Positions 47,960 through 58,092 of a DNA stretch of 64,000 bases are shown here, piece by piece (within the stretch, counting starts at the first letter, position 1; each line of letters opens with the position of its first letter). Made by a program: the position numbers and the translations under genes. The DNA comes from an uncultured Clostridiaceae bacterium. Lineage in GTDB: Bacteria > Bacillota > Clostridia > Lachnospirales > Lachnospiraceae. Below the pieces are notes generated by a model. The model made no database searches, had not been told where the DNA came from, and worked only from the letters and a program-made list of their open reading frames with translations. The stretch is taken from positions 15,082 through 79,081 of the forward strand of contig CALADM010000014.1 of the NCBI GenBank assembly GCA_937890595.1. The letters run 5' to 3'.

Positions 47960-48340
47960 CTATTTTACAGCAGTAATGGTTTCTACCTCACAGAGAACAC
48001 CCTTTGGAAGATCTTTTACAGCTACACAGGAACGTGCAGGCTTTCCGGTAAAATAAGTTCCATAGATCTGGTTGAAAGCTGCAAAGTCTTTCATGTCAGC
48101 CAGAAAACAAGTTGTTTTGATGACATCAGTGAACTCTGCATTTGCTGCTTTTAAGATCGCAGCGATGTTTTTCATAACCTGCTCTGTCTGTTCTTCGATC
48201 GTATTTCCTACGATCTCACCTGTTTTTGGGTCAAGCGGGATCTGACCGGAGGCAAACATAACGCCATTGTGGATGATTGCCTGAGAATAAGGTCCGATTG
48301 CTGCCGGAGCATCCGGTGTATTGATATATTGTAATGTCAT
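47960..48340 (-). CDS. ridA: RidA family reactive-intermediate (enamine/imine) deaminase
   Basis: APAAIGPYSQA...SGQIPLDP.TGE...ARSCV.V..LP YjgF/RidA motifs. ATG at 48340 after AAGGAG. Confidence 0.9.
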   Translation of the reverse strand: MTLQYINTPDAPAAIGPYSQAIIHNGVMFASGQIPLDPKTGEIVGNTIEEQTEQVMKNIAAILKAANAEFTDVIKTTCFLADMKDFAAFNQIYGTYFTGKPARSCVAVKDLPKGVLCEVETITAVK

Positions 48341-48371
48341 AAATATCACTCCTTCATAAGTTTTTTGATAC

Positions 48372-48419
48372 AAAAAGGGATGCAAGATGTAGAAATAGCA
48401 TTCACATACTCAGCATCCC
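48372..48419 (-). terminator. Terminator-like hairpin between ygeW and ridA
   Basis: On the minus strand, GGGATGC ... GCATCCC (7 bp, 29-nt loop) followed by TTTTT, ~30 nt upstream of the ridA start. Confidence 0.5.
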
Positions 48420-48546
48420 TGATAGATAGGGTTACAGTGCGTTTCTATTGTAATGGTTTTTCTTAAAAACCGCAACAGAAAATCAAAACACTGAACTGCA
48501 ATATAAAATTTGTCGGTTAGTTAGCTGTTTTTTCTATGTACTTTGA

Positions 48547-49740
48547 TTATTTGAAGATTCTTGGAGTTCCCTTTTCTTCCAGTTTTTTCAGAAGAGCAGC
48601 AGGATCTTCAAATTTGCTAAGTAAGATCATGGCAGCAATGACATATGGTTTGTAACTTGCCTCTTTGTAAAGCGGTGTGCGGTAACGGTCAAATACGCTT
48701 GCATCTACTTCTCCGGTCTCACAGCTGACTCCTGTGATATCAGCTGGCAGGCAGTGCAGATACAGGGCTTTTCCGTCTTTTGTCGTTTTCATCAGTTCTT
48801 CTGTACAAGCCCAATCTTTGTGTTCTGCGTTCTGTGCAAGCAGTTCTTTTTCAAGAGCTTTGATACCTTCCTGATCGCCTTCTGCATAGAGATTGGTACG
48901 TTTTTCCATGGCAGCAAATGGTGCCCAGCTCTTTGGATATACGATATCAGCATCTTTAAATGCCTCAGCCATATTGTTGGTCTTTGTGAAAGAACCACCA
49001 GATTTTTCAGCATTCTTTTTTGCCACTTCTTCTACTTCAGGCATCACTTCATAGCCTTCTGGATGAGCCAGAACAACATCCATACCCATACGTGTCATCA
49101 GACCGATCACACCCTGTGGAACGGAAAGTGGTTTTCCGTAAGAAGGAGAGTATGCCCAAGTCATTGCCAGTTTTTTACCTTTCAGATTTTCAATACCGCC
49201 GAACTCATGAATGATGTGTAGCATATCTGCCATACACTGGGTTGGGTGATCGATATCACACTGTAAGTTTACGAGAGTTGGTCTCTGCTCTAAAATACCA
49301 TCCTTATGCCCTTCCTGTACGGCTTCAGATACCTGATGCATGTAAGCGTTTCCTTTTCCGATGTACATATCATCACGGATACCGATGACATCAGCCATGA
49401 AAGAGATCATGTTTGCTGTCTCACGGACAGTTTCTCCATGTGCGATCTGAGATTTTCCCTCGTCCAGATCCTGTACTTCCAGTCCTAACAGGTTGCAGGC
49501 AGATGCGAAAGAAAAACGGGTACGGGTAGAATTGTCACGGAACAGGGAAATTCCAAGTCCACTCTCAAATACTTTGGTGGAAATGTTGTTTTCACGCATA
49601 AAGCGCAGAGCATCCGCTAGAGTCCACACTGCCTCAAGTTCATCGTCTGTTTTTTCCCATGTCAGGAAAAAGTCGTTGTTATACATCTCTTTAAAGTTTA
49701 AAGCATTTAATTTATCAATATAATCCTGTAATGTTTTCAT
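48547..49740 (-). CDS. ygeW: Knotted carbamoyltransferase YgeW
   Basis: DFFLTWEKTDDELEAV...ENNISTKVFESGLGISLFRDNSTRTRFSFASA closely parallels E. coli YgeW as I remember it. Confidence 0.85.
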   Translation of the reverse strand: MKTLQDYIDKLNALNFKEMYNNDFFLTWEKTDDELEAVWTLADALRFMRENNISTKVFESGLGISLFRDNSTRTRFSFASACNLLGLEVQDLDEGKSQIAHGETVRETANMISFMADVIGIRDDMYIGKGNAYMHQVSEAVQEGHKDGILEQRPTLVNLQCDIDHPTQCMADMLHIIHEFGGIENLKGKKLAMTWAYSPSYGKPLSVPQGVIGLMTRMGMDVVLAHPEGYEVMPEVEEVAKKNAEKSGGSFTKTNNMAEAFKDADIVYPKSWAPFAAMEKRTNLYAEGDQEGIKALEKELLAQNAEHKDWACTEELMKTTKDGKALYLHCLPADITGVSCETGEVDASVFDRYRTPLYKEASYKPYVIAAMILLSKFEDPAALLKKLEEKGTPRIFK

Positions 49741-49796
49741 AATTATGATCCTTTCTTTTCGCAAAAGATTTATCAATTCATAAAAGATTTATCAAT

Positions 49797-51113
49797 TTAC
49801 TTGTTTTCGCAATAGATGGTTGGAAGTGCTGCGTATACAGCGGCACATTTTACCAGATCTTCTTTCCATGTCTTTTCATTTGGTGCATGTGCCTGAGCCT
49901 CAGCGCCAGGTCCAAAACCGATGCAAGGAATGCCGTTGCGTCCCATGATGGAAACACCATTTGTGGAGAATGTCCATTTGTCAGTTAAAGGACGGGCTTT
50001 TCTCATCGCATCTGTCACAGAAGCTCCGGAACGTGTCTCACCATACAGGTTGATGTAAGCGTCTTCCAGCGCCTTTGTTACGGCATGATCTTTCGGGATG
50101 ACCCATGTTGGGAAGTAGCACTCGATCGGGTATACCAGTCCCTTATAGGATGGACGGGCATATTCATACATAGATACTTTGACATCTTCACCATATTTCT
50201 TTACAGAAGGCAATGCACGGATCTCATCCAGACAGCTTTCCCAAGTCTCTCCGGCTGTCATACGGCGGTCCAGAGAAACAGAACAGGAATCAGCAACAGC
50301 ACAGCGGCTTGGGGATGTGAAGAAGATCTCGGATACGGTTACTGTTCCACGTCCTAAGAAATTAGCCTCTTCCCAATCTTTGTTGTATTTGGCATCCAGC
50401 ATCTTGACAAGACCCTTGATCTCGGTTGTGTCAGCTGCATCATTTTCATTCAGGGAACGCACATCCTGAAGAATATCTGCCATCTTATAGATCGCATTGT
50501 CTCCTCTTTCTGGTGCAGAGCCATGACAGGAAACGCCTTTTACATCTACACGGATCTCCATACGACCTCTCTGACCACGGTAGATACCGCCATCGGTTGG
50601 CTCTGTGGATACAACAAATTCCGGACGTACTTTATCTTCATTGATGATATACTGCCAGCACAGACCATCACAGTCTTCTTCCTGAACAGTACCAGTTACT
50701 AAAACGGTGTATTTGTCATTTAAAAGGCCAAGATCTTTCATGATCTTTGCACCATATACAGATGATACAATACCACCTAACTGATCGGAAGTTCCACGAC
50801 CACCGATCTCTGTCTCTGTCTCAAATCCCTCATATGGGTCGAATTCCCAGTTTTTGATGTTCCCGATACCAACAGTATCAATATGTGCGTCAAAGCCGAT
50901 CAGAGTTTCTCCACTTCCCATATAGCCAAGGACATTGCCCATCGGGTCGATCTCAACTTTGTCAAAACCAACTTTTCTCATCTCTTCTGCGATTCGGTTG
51001 ATGTGTCCTTCTTCACCGGCACTTTCTCCCGGAATACGGACCAGATCACGTAAAAACTGTGTCATGTCTTTTTCATATTGAGCAGCAGCTTCTTTGATTT
51101 TGTTAAAATCCAT
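49797..51113 (-). CDS. ygeY: YgeY family M20 metallohydrolase (selenium-metabolism-linked hydrolase)
   Basis: M20/ArgE-type fold motifs ([15 protein letters not shown]). Gene context. The ATG at 51113 lies 7 nt after GGAGGGAG. Confidence 0.82.
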   Translation of the reverse strand: MDFNKIKEAAAQYEKDMTQFLRDLVRIPGESAGEEGHINRIAEEMRKVGFDKVEIDPMGNVLGYMGSGETLIGFDAHIDTVGIGNIKNWEFDPYEGFETETEIGGRGTSDQLGGIVSSVYGAKIMKDLGLLNDKYTVLVTGTVQEEDCDGLCWQYIINEDKVRPEFVVSTEPTDGGIYRGQRGRMEIRVDVKGVSCHGSAPERGDNAIYKMADILQDVRSLNENDAADTTEIKGLVKMLDAKYNKDWEEANFLGRGTVTVSEIFFTSPSRCAVADSCSVSLDRRMTAGETWESCLDEIRALPSVKKYGEDVKVSMYEYARPSYKGLVYPIECYFPTWVIPKDHAVTKALEDAYINLYGETRSGASVTDAMRKARPLTDKWTFSTNGVSIMGRNGIPCIGFGPGAEAQAHAPNEKTWKEDLVKCAAVYAALPTIYCENK

Positions 51114-51241
51114 TTTATTTCTCCCTCCATTTTGAAACACAGGATTTGCATCCACTGTGTCTGATTACATGATATTTTATTGAAAATCCGTTTGTTTCAA
51201 CCTATTATTTTTACAGTTTTATTTCATGAATAAGGTATGTA

Positions 51242-52450
51242 TCAGCGCTCTTTTCCGTCCCATACGATGTTTTTGTAACGCTCTGGATCAGTGTCACCCT
51301 CTGTGGAGAAGAGTAAAACTTTGGAGTCTTTATTGAGTCCGATCAGTTCACGGAGTTCTTTGTATTCGTCCATCTTCATGATGCAGGCAAGCACGCCAAA
51401 CGGAGCAGCACCAGATTCTCCAGATACGACCTGAGGATCTCCCTTGATCGGGGCAGATAACATGCGCATTCCTTTTGCAGCAACCCAGTCAGGCGCAGAT
51501 ACGAAAACTTTGACATGATTTTTTAAGATGTCCCAGGAAATGGTATTGGGTTCTCCACAGGCAAGCCCTGCCATGATCGTCTGCATGTCTCCATCCACTA
51601 TTCTTGGATTGCCGTCACCGGCAGCAGCTCCTTTGTAAAGACAGGCAGCAACGTCTGCTTCTACGACAACAACTGTCGGAGGATTTTGTGGGTATCGATT
51701 GGCAAAATATCCCTGAATAGCACCTGCCAAAGAACCAACACCTGCCTGAATCAGGATGTGGGTCGGTCTCTTACAGCCGTATTCTTCAAGCTGTTCATTT
51801 GCTTCCATTGCCATAGTGCCATAACCTTGCATGATCCAAGAAGGGATCTCCTCATAGCCGTCCCATGCTGTGTCCTGTACTACAACGCCGTTTGGGGTTT
51901 TAGAAGCGGAGGCAGCAGCCATACGCACACATTCATCATAATTGACTTCTTCAATGGTGGCTGTAGCCCCTTCTTTGAGGATGTTGTCAAGACGGGTCTG
52001 TGTTGTTCCCTTTGGCATGTAGACAACAGCTTTTTGTCTCAGCTTGTTGGCAGCCCAGGCAACGCCACGTCCATGATTTCCGTCTGTTGCGGTGAAGAAT
52101 GTTGCCTGACCGAATTCTTCTTTCAGCTTATCAGAGGTTAATACCTGATAGGGAAGTTCAGAAACGTCTTTTTTTGTTTGTTTGGCAATATAACGTGCCA
52201 TAGCAAATGATCCGCCTAATACTTTAAATGCGTTCAGACCAAAACGATAGGATTCATCTTTTACATAGAGTTCACCGATCCCCAGATAGTCTGCCATATG
52301 AGAAAGTTTGGCAAGTGGTGTTTTGGTGTACTGCGGAAAACTTTCGTGAAAATTTCTGGCTTTTTTTACTTCATCCAAAGCCATAACAGATAATTGTTTA
52401 TCTTCTGTGTGCGGCATTTTATTTTCTGCCCAGAGAATACTTGGCTGCAT
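51242..52450 (-). CDS. dpaL: Diaminopropionate ammonia-lyase (PLP-dependent)
   Basis: KDESYRFGLNAFKVLGG (PLP lysine region) and DGNHGRGVAW. The ATG at 52450 lies 7 nt after GGAGG; the listed start at 52456 is too close to the SD. Confidence 0.85.
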   Translation of the reverse strand: MQPSILWAENKMPHTEDKQLSVMALDEVKKARNFHESFPQYTKTPLAKLSHMADYLGIGELYVKDESYRFGLNAFKVLGGSFAMARYIAKQTKKDVSELPYQVLTSDKLKEEFGQATFFTATDGNHGRGVAWAANKLRQKAVVYMPKGTTQTRLDNILKEGATATIEEVNYDECVRMAAASASKTPNGVVVQDTAWDGYEEIPSWIMQGYGTMAMEANEQLEEYGCKRPTHILIQAGVGSLAGAIQGYFANRYPQNPPTVVVVEADVAACLYKGAAAGDGNPRIVDGDMQTIMAGLACGEPNTISWDILKNHVKVFVSAPDWVAAKGMRMLSAPIKGDPQVVSGESGAAPFGVLACIMKMDEYKELRELIGLNKDSKVLLFSTEGDTDPERYKNIVWDGKER

Positions 52451-52452
52451 GA

Positions 52453-53136
52453 TCATTCCTCCTGATTTGTATTGGATTCTTGAGTTTTTGCTGTTTCCTG
52501 TTTTTTATTTACATCAATATAACTATAGAGAGTAAATTTTGAAATATTGAAATACTTAGACACTTTATCACCTGATTTTGTGATCAGGAAAGCTCCGGCA
52601 TCATTTAAAAACTGGATTGCTTTGACCTTGTCATCTTTTGTCATCAGTGCGACAGGTTTTCCAATCGAAGCAACGGATTGGCTGATCAGGGTATCCAGAA
52701 GGTCGTTGACGTTGTGGACGATCTGTTCAGGTTCCGTATTTTCTTTAGAAGGTTCTGTCTGTGTGAGATTCTGGATCGCTTTTCCGACCGCCAGAAGATT
52801 CGTGATGTCATAATTGATGGCAAAAATATAGGCTAACTTCCCAGAATGATCTCTGATGTACATAGTACTGGATTTTAAGATGCGTCCATCAGCCGTTCTT
52901 GTCAGATATCCGTTGTGGTCTTTCAATGTAGAAGGATCTTTTTGAAGGGTTTCCAGCACAACTTTAGATGGACCGTCTCCGATGTGGCGGTGAGATACTT
53001 CACCATTTTTAATATAGATAACGGAGGAATCCAGATGCTGTTTTTGGAGATCATGTATGACGATCTCACAATCAGGTCCAAACTGATCTGCAATACCGTC
53101 GGCAAGTTGTTTTAAAAGTGTCAGTGTATATTCCAT
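52453..53136 (-). CDS. YheO-like transcriptional regulator (PAS-like sensor plus C-terminal HTH)
   Basis: L.Q.ADGIADQFGPDCEIVIHDL N-terminus and a C-terminal HTH-like KVSKYFNISKFTLYSYI. It sits immediately upstream of dpaL. Confidence 0.7.
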   Translation of the reverse strand: MEYTLTLLKQLADGIADQFGPDCEIVIHDLQKQHLDSSVIYIKNGEVSHRHIGDGPSKVVLETLQKDPSTLKDHNGYLTRTADGRILKSSTMYIRDHSGKLAYIFAINYDITNLLAVGKAIQNLTQTEPSKENTEPEQIVHNVNDLLDTLISQSVASIGKPVALMTKDDKVKAIQFLNDAGAFLITKSGDKVSKYFNISKFTLYSYIDVNKKQETAKTQESNTNQEE

Positions 53137-53271
53137 AAATATCATCTCCCATGGTGTCATAAATATATGTATGATTGCTCTCTTATGGTTTCATCATAAC
53201 ACAAAAAATGGGAAATGCAAGCACTTTTTTACAAAAAAAATTAGCATATCTAAAAATTTTTGTATTTTCTA

Positions 53272-53300
53272 TTGCATTAGTAGAAATGTAGTGATACTAT
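53272..53300 (+). promoter_or_regulatory. Candidate sigma-A promoter of ssnA-ygfK
   Basis: TTGCAT, 17-nt spacer, TACTAT, followed by an A-rich ~115-nt leader. Confidence 0.45.
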
Positions 53301-53420
53301 AAGAGAAAGAAGAGGTATATTGTAAAAAATATCTAATAGTAAAAAATGAAAAAAGTGAAAAAACAAGAAAAACAAATAAAAATGGTAAAAAAGAGCAAAG
53401 AGCAAAAAAGGAGGACAATA

Positions 53421-54752
53421 ATGTTACTGATTGGAAATGGAAGACTGGTAACAAGAGATATTACAATACCATATCTGGAGAATGGAGCAGTTGTGCTGGA
53501 TGGAACTTGCATAAAGAAAGTGGGCACTTTCGAAGATATGAAGAAAGAATTTCCGAATGCAGAGTTTGTAGATGCAAAAGGCGGAGTGATCATGCCGGCA
53601 TTTATCAATGTCCATGAGCATATCTACAGTGCTATGGCGAGAGGATTATCCATACATGGATATGATCCAAAGGGATTTTTGGATATTCTGGATGGTATGT
53701 GGTGGACGATCGACCGTCATCTGACGTTAGAACAGACTAGACAAAGTGCAAGGGCAACGTATTTGGACTGCATCAAAAATGGTGTGACAACTGTATTTGA
53801 CCACCATGCAAGTTTTGGAGAAATAGAAGGCAGTTTGTTTGCGATTGAGGAAGCAGCAAAAGAAATGGGACTGAGAAGTTGTCTGTGCTATGAGATTTCA
53901 GACAGAGATGGAGAAGAAAAAGCAAGAGCTTCTGTAAAAGAGAATGCACAATTTATCCGTCATGCCTTAAAAGATGATACAGATATGATCGCAGGAATGA
54001 TGGGAATGCACGCCTCCTTTACTATTTCAGATAAGACGATGGAATTGGCAGCAACGGAAAAACCGGATGGTGTGGGATATCATATCCATGTGGCAGAAGG
54101 AATCGAAGATCTCCATGATTGTTTGAAAAAACATGGAAAGCGGATCATTGACCGTTTGATGGACTGTAATATTTTAGGAGAAAAGACGTTGACAGCACAT
54201 TGTATTTATATCAATCCACATGAGATGGAACTTTTAAAAGAGACTGATACGATGGTAGTTCATAATCCGGAATCTAATATGGGAAATGCCTGCGGATGTC
54301 CGCCTACGATGGAACTGGTACATAGAGGAGTGTTGACAGGTCTTGGAACAGATGGATATACACATGATATGACCGAATCCTACAAAGTGGCAAATATCTT
54401 GCATAAACATCATTTATGCGATCCGAACGCAGCATGGGGAGAAGTTCCAAAGATGTTGTTTGAGGGCAATGCAGCTATTGCAAACCGTTATTTTAAGAAG
54501 CCTCTTGGAGTACTTAGGGAAGGTGCAGCAGCAGATGTGATCGTGATGGAATATAATCCGTTGACACCTATGGATGCTTCTAATATCAATAGCCATATTT
54601 TGTTTGGTATGAATGGACATAATGTAGTGACTACGATCTGTAATGGCAAGATCTTGATGAAAGATCGGATCGTGACCTGTGTGGATGAAGAAAAGGTATG
54701 GGCAGATGTGAGAGAGGAATCTGCAAAATTGTGGAAGAGTATCAATGGATAA
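53421..54752 (+). CDS. ssnA: Putative aminohydrolase SsnA (chlorohydrolase/amidohydrolase family)
   Basis: PAFINVHEHIYS metal motif, HVAE, and the size. The ATG at 53421 follows AAGGAGG. The listed Lys-rich extension from 53346 is read from the A-rich leader. Confidence 0.85.
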   Translation: MLLIGNGRLVTRDITIPYLENGAVVLDGTCIKKVGTFEDMKKEFPNAEFVDAKGGVIMPAFINVHEHIYSAMARGLSIHGYDPKGFLDILDGMWWTIDRHLTLEQTRQSARATYLDCIKNGVTTVFDHHASFGEIEGSLFAIEEAAKEMGLRSCLCYEISDRDGEEKARASVKENAQFIRHALKDDTDMIAGMMGMHASFTISDKTMELAATEKPDGVGYHIHVAEGIEDLHDCLKKHGKRIIDRLMDCNILGEKTLTAHCIYINPHEMELLKETDTMVVHNPESNMGNACGCPPTMELVHRGVLTGLGTDGYTHDMTESYKVANILHKHHLCDPNAAWGEVPKMLFEGNAAIANRYFKKPLGVLREGAAADVIVMEYNPLTPMDASNINSHILFGMNGHNVVTTICNGKILMKDRIVTCVDEEKVWADVREESAKLWKSING

Positions 54753-54805
54753 ACAGGATATATGTTTAAGGTAATTTCATGAGATTGAGAGGAGAAGAGA
54801 ATACG

Positions 54806-57784
54806 ATGAGTGATAGAATGACACCGATCCCATTTGGAAAATTGATGACATGGATAATGGAAGAGAGAAAAAAGGGCAGTGTATTTGGGATCAAGAGACC
54901 ATTTCAAGCAGATTCTGAAAATACATGGGAGATTTTTGGAAGAAAAATGGAAACTCCATTTGGACCAGCAGCAGGACCTCATACACAGCTTGCACAGAAT
55001 ATCGTTGCATCTTATTATGCAGGAAGCCGTTTTTTTGAACTAAAAACAGTGCAGAAGCTGGATGGTGAAGATCTTCCGGTTGCAAAACCATGTATATGGG
55101 CAGAAGATGAATGTTACAATGTAGAGTGGTCTACAGAATTGTATGTTCCACAGGCATTTGAGGAGTATGTCAAAGCATGGTTTGCATTAAAGGTTATTTC
55201 AAAAGAGTTTGCCCTTGGAGCTATGGATGGTTTTCTCTTCAATATGAGTGTTGGCTATGATCTGGAAGGCATTAAGACAGAAAAAATCGACCGTTTTATT
55301 GAGGGCATGAAAGATGCATCACAGACTGCAATTTTTAAGGAATGTAAAACATGGCTGTTGGAACATGCAGATCTCTTTCAGAATGTCACAAGAGAAGATA
55401 TAGAGGGGGTTTCTGGGGCTGTATGTGACTGCATTACACTATCCACACTGCATGGATGCCCTCCACAGGAGATCGAGAGGATTGCAACCTATCTTTTAAC
55501 AGAGAAAAAAGTACATACCTTTATAAAATGTAATCCAACACTTCTTGGATATGAATATGCAAGACATATCATGGACGAGATGGGATATGATTATGTAGCA
55601 TTCAGCGATTTCCACTTTAAAGATGATCTGCAGTATGAAGATGCAGTACCTATGCTGACACGGCTGCAGGCACTGGCAGATGAGAAGGGCTTGGAATTTG
55701 GCGTAAAGATCACCAATACATTTCCAGTAGACTGTAAAGCAGGAGAACTTCCTGGGGATGAGATGTATATGTCTGGAAAAGCTCTTTATCCATTATCTAT
55801 GTCTGTTGCTGCGAAATTATCGGAGAGTTTTGAAGGAAAACTGCGCATCTCTTACTCTGGAGGAGCAGATGTATTCAATATAGAAAAGATCGTGGATGCT
55901 GGGATTTGGCCAGTTACTATGGCAACGGCACTGTTAAAGCCGGGCGGATATCAGAGGTTGGAGCAAATTGGTCATCTGTTTGAGAACAAGTCAGAGAAGT
56001 TTAATGGAGTGGATACAGAGAGTGTGAAAGGATTGGTAGAAGCGGTAAAATGTGATGTACACCATGTAAAGGCTGTGAAACCACTTCCAGATAGAAAAAT
56101 GTCAAAACAAGTTCCTCTCTTGGATTGTTTTGTAGCTCCATGTAAGGAAGGATGTCCGATCCACCAAGACATTACTACATATATGAAGTTGGTACATAAT
56201 GGGAAATATGAAGAGGCACTGGAAGTGATCGTGGAGAAGAATCCACTGCCATTTATCACAGGAACAATCTGCGCCCATAATTGTATGAGTAAATGTAACC
56301 GTAATTTCTACGAAAGTCCAGTGGACATCCGCAGAACAAAGCTGGAGGCAGCCAAGGGCGGTTATGAGTCATGGATTAAAAAAGTACAAGCACCAAAGGC
56401 AGGAAATGGAAAGAAAGCAGCCGTTGTCGGAGGAGGTCCGGCAGGTCTTGCCTGTGCATATTTTCTGGCAAAAGGCGGGGCAGATGTCACCATTTATGAA
56501 AAGGAAGAATCCTTAGGAGGTGTTGTAAAGAATGTGATCCCAGAATTTCGTATCAGTGACGAAGCGATTGAAAAGGATATCCAGTTGATCTTCTCAGCAG
56601 GCATCCGTGCTGTCATGGGAAAAGAGGTTCAATCTTTGGAGGAACTGAGTAGGGAAAATGGTGCTGTCGTACTGGCGATGGGAGCTGGAGAACCTGGAGT
56701 CTTGAAGCTGCAAAAAGGAAAGGCTGTCAATGCAATTTCTTTCCTAAGAGAATTCAAGGAAAAGGAAGGAAAAGTGGATATTGGCAGGCAGGTTGTTGTG
56801 ATTGGAGGCGGTAATACAGCGATGGATACTGCCCGTGCAGCGAAGAGGACGCAGGGAGTGGAGAAAGTATCTCTGGTTTATAGAAGAACCAGACGCTATA
56901 TGCCAGCTGATGAGGAAGAACTGCTCATGGCTATGGAAGACGGAGTAGAATTTGCAGAACTTCTCTCTCCAGTTTCTCTGGAAAATGGAATCTTAACCTG
57001 TAAAAAAATGGTGCTGAGTGAGGTAGATGCAAGTGGAAGACGCAGCGTAGCGGAGACAGATGAAATGGTGCAGATTCCAGCAGATACTGTGATCGCAGCG
57101 GTTGGAGAGAAAGTTCCTAAGGCTTTCTATGAGGCAAATGGTCTTTCTTGTGATGAGAGAGGACGGGCAAAAGTACATCCTCAGACACTGGAAAGTTCAA
57201 GAGAAAATATCTATGTGATCGGAGATGGACTATATGGACCTGCAACTGTAGTGGAAGCAATCCGAGATGGAAGAAAAGCGGCAGAAGCGATCACAGGAAA
57301 AGTACTTGCAAGAGATTTTGATGGTCTTGCAACAGAGGAAGCGATTGCCAAAAAACGGGGTATTTTGGCAGAGGAGAGCGAAAAACCAGAGGGAACTCGC
57401 TGTCTTGGATGCGATGTGGTCTGTGAAAACTGTGTGGAGGTCTGCCCGAACCGTGCAAACATTTCCATTCAGGTTCCGGATATGAAGATGCACCAAATCC
57501 TTCATGTGGATGCGATGTGCAATGAATGTGGAAACTGTAAGAGTTTCTGTCCATATGCAAGTGCGCCATATCTGGATAAATTTACTCTGTTCTCCAATGA
57601 AACAGATATGAAAAACAGTCAAAATCAGGGATTTACTGTGATTGATCTTGAGAGCAGAAAGTGCAAGATTCGTCTGGGGACAAAAGAATATGTCTATACT
57701 GCAGGAAATGCATGTGAAGAGATCCCTCAGGGAATTGACAAATTGATCTGTGCAGTGATAGAACATTATACTTACCTCTTATAA
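54806..57784 (+). CDS. ygfK: YgfK-like Fe-S/flavin oxidoreductase (putative selenate reductase subunit YgfK family)
   Basis: ~990 aa. DPD-like TIM-barrel N-region, central NAD/FAD GxGxxG (VVGGGPAGLACA; VIGGGNTAMD), and C-terminal ferredoxin-like Cys clusters (CLGCDVVCENCVEVCP; CNECGNCKSFCP). Confidence 0.85.
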   Translation: MSDRMTPIPFGKLMTWIMEERKKGSVFGIKRPFQADSENTWEIFGRKMETPFGPAAGPHTQLAQNIVASYYAGSRFFELKTVQKLDGEDLPVAKPCIWAEDECYNVEWSTELYVPQAFEEYVKAWFALKVISKEFALGAMDGFLFNMSVGYDLEGIKTEKIDRFIEGMKDASQTAIFKECKTWLLEHADLFQNVTREDIEGVSGAVCDCITLSTLHGCPPQEIERIATYLLTEKKVHTFIKCNPTLLGYEYARHIMDEMGYDYVAFSDFHFKDDLQYEDAVPMLTRLQALADEKGLEFGVKITNTFPVDCKAGELPGDEMYMSGKALYPLSMSVAAKLSESFEGKLRISYSGGADVFNIEKIVDAGIWPVTMATALLKPGGYQRLEQIGHLFENKSEKFNGVDTESVKGLVEAVKCDVHHVKAVKPLPDRKMSKQVPLLDCFVAPCKEGCPIHQDITTYMKLVHNGKYEEALEVIVEKNPLPFITGTICAHNCMSKCNRNFYESPVDIRRTKLEAAKGGYESWIKKVQAPKAGNGKKAAVVGGGPAGLACAYFLAKGGADVTIYEKEESLGGVVKNVIPEFRISDEAIEKDIQLIFSAGIRAVMGKEVQSLEELSRENGAVVLAMGAGEPGVLKLQKGKAVNAISFLREFKEKEGKVDIGRQVVVIGGGNTAMDTARAAKRTQGVEKVSLVYRRTRRYMPADEEELLMAMEDGVEFAELLSPVSLENGILTCKKMVLSEVDASGRRSVAETDEMVQIPADTVIAAVGEKVPKAFYEANGLSCDERGRAKVHPQTLESSRENIYVIGDGLYGPATVVEAIRDGRKAAEAITGKVLARDFDGLATEEAIAKKRGILAEESEKPEGTRCLGCDVVCENCVEVCPNRANISIQVPDMKMHQILHVDAMCNECGNCKSFCPYASAPYLDKFTLFSNETDMKNSQNQGFTVIDLESRKCKIRLGTKEYVYTAGNACEEIPQGIDKLICAVIEHYTYLL

Positions 57785-57852
57785 GAGAGTTTGATAAGAT
57801 AAATTGTAATACACAGGGAATAAATAACAAAATCGGAAGTGAGGCAGAACAG

Positions 57853-58092
57853 ATGGGACGGGAGAAAAGCTGGAAGGTGATTTTTACATTTCATACAACA
57901 ACGCAAGCTATGAAAATGGAGAGAAAAGCGCAGCAGATGGGAAAAATCGGAAGGCTGATCCCGGTTCCACGTCAGATTTCAGCCGGATGTGGAATGGCAT
58001 GGATAGCTCCAAAAGAGAATGGTGACGAACTGCGCGAATGGGTTGTAAGAGAAGGAATAGAAGTGGAGGGAGAATATGATCTCTTTATGTAG
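57853..58092 (+). CDS. DUF3343 small protein (putative Se/S carrier-like)
   Basis: VIFTFHTTTQAMKMERK...LIPVPRQISAGCGMAW pattern. It overlaps the next gene by 17 nt. Confidence 0.7.
   Translation: MGREKSWKVIFTFHTTTQAMKMERKAQQMGKIGRLIPVPRQISAGCGMAWIAPKENGDELREWVVREGIEVEGEYDLFM

Noticed and set aside
53346-53420. Lys-rich 25-aa N-terminal extension of SsnA (MKKVKKQEKQIKMVKK...)
   Set aside because: It is read from the A-rich leader. A strong SD (AAGGAGG) sits right before the internal ATG at 53421, which also matches the usual SsnA N-terminus (MLLIGNG...).
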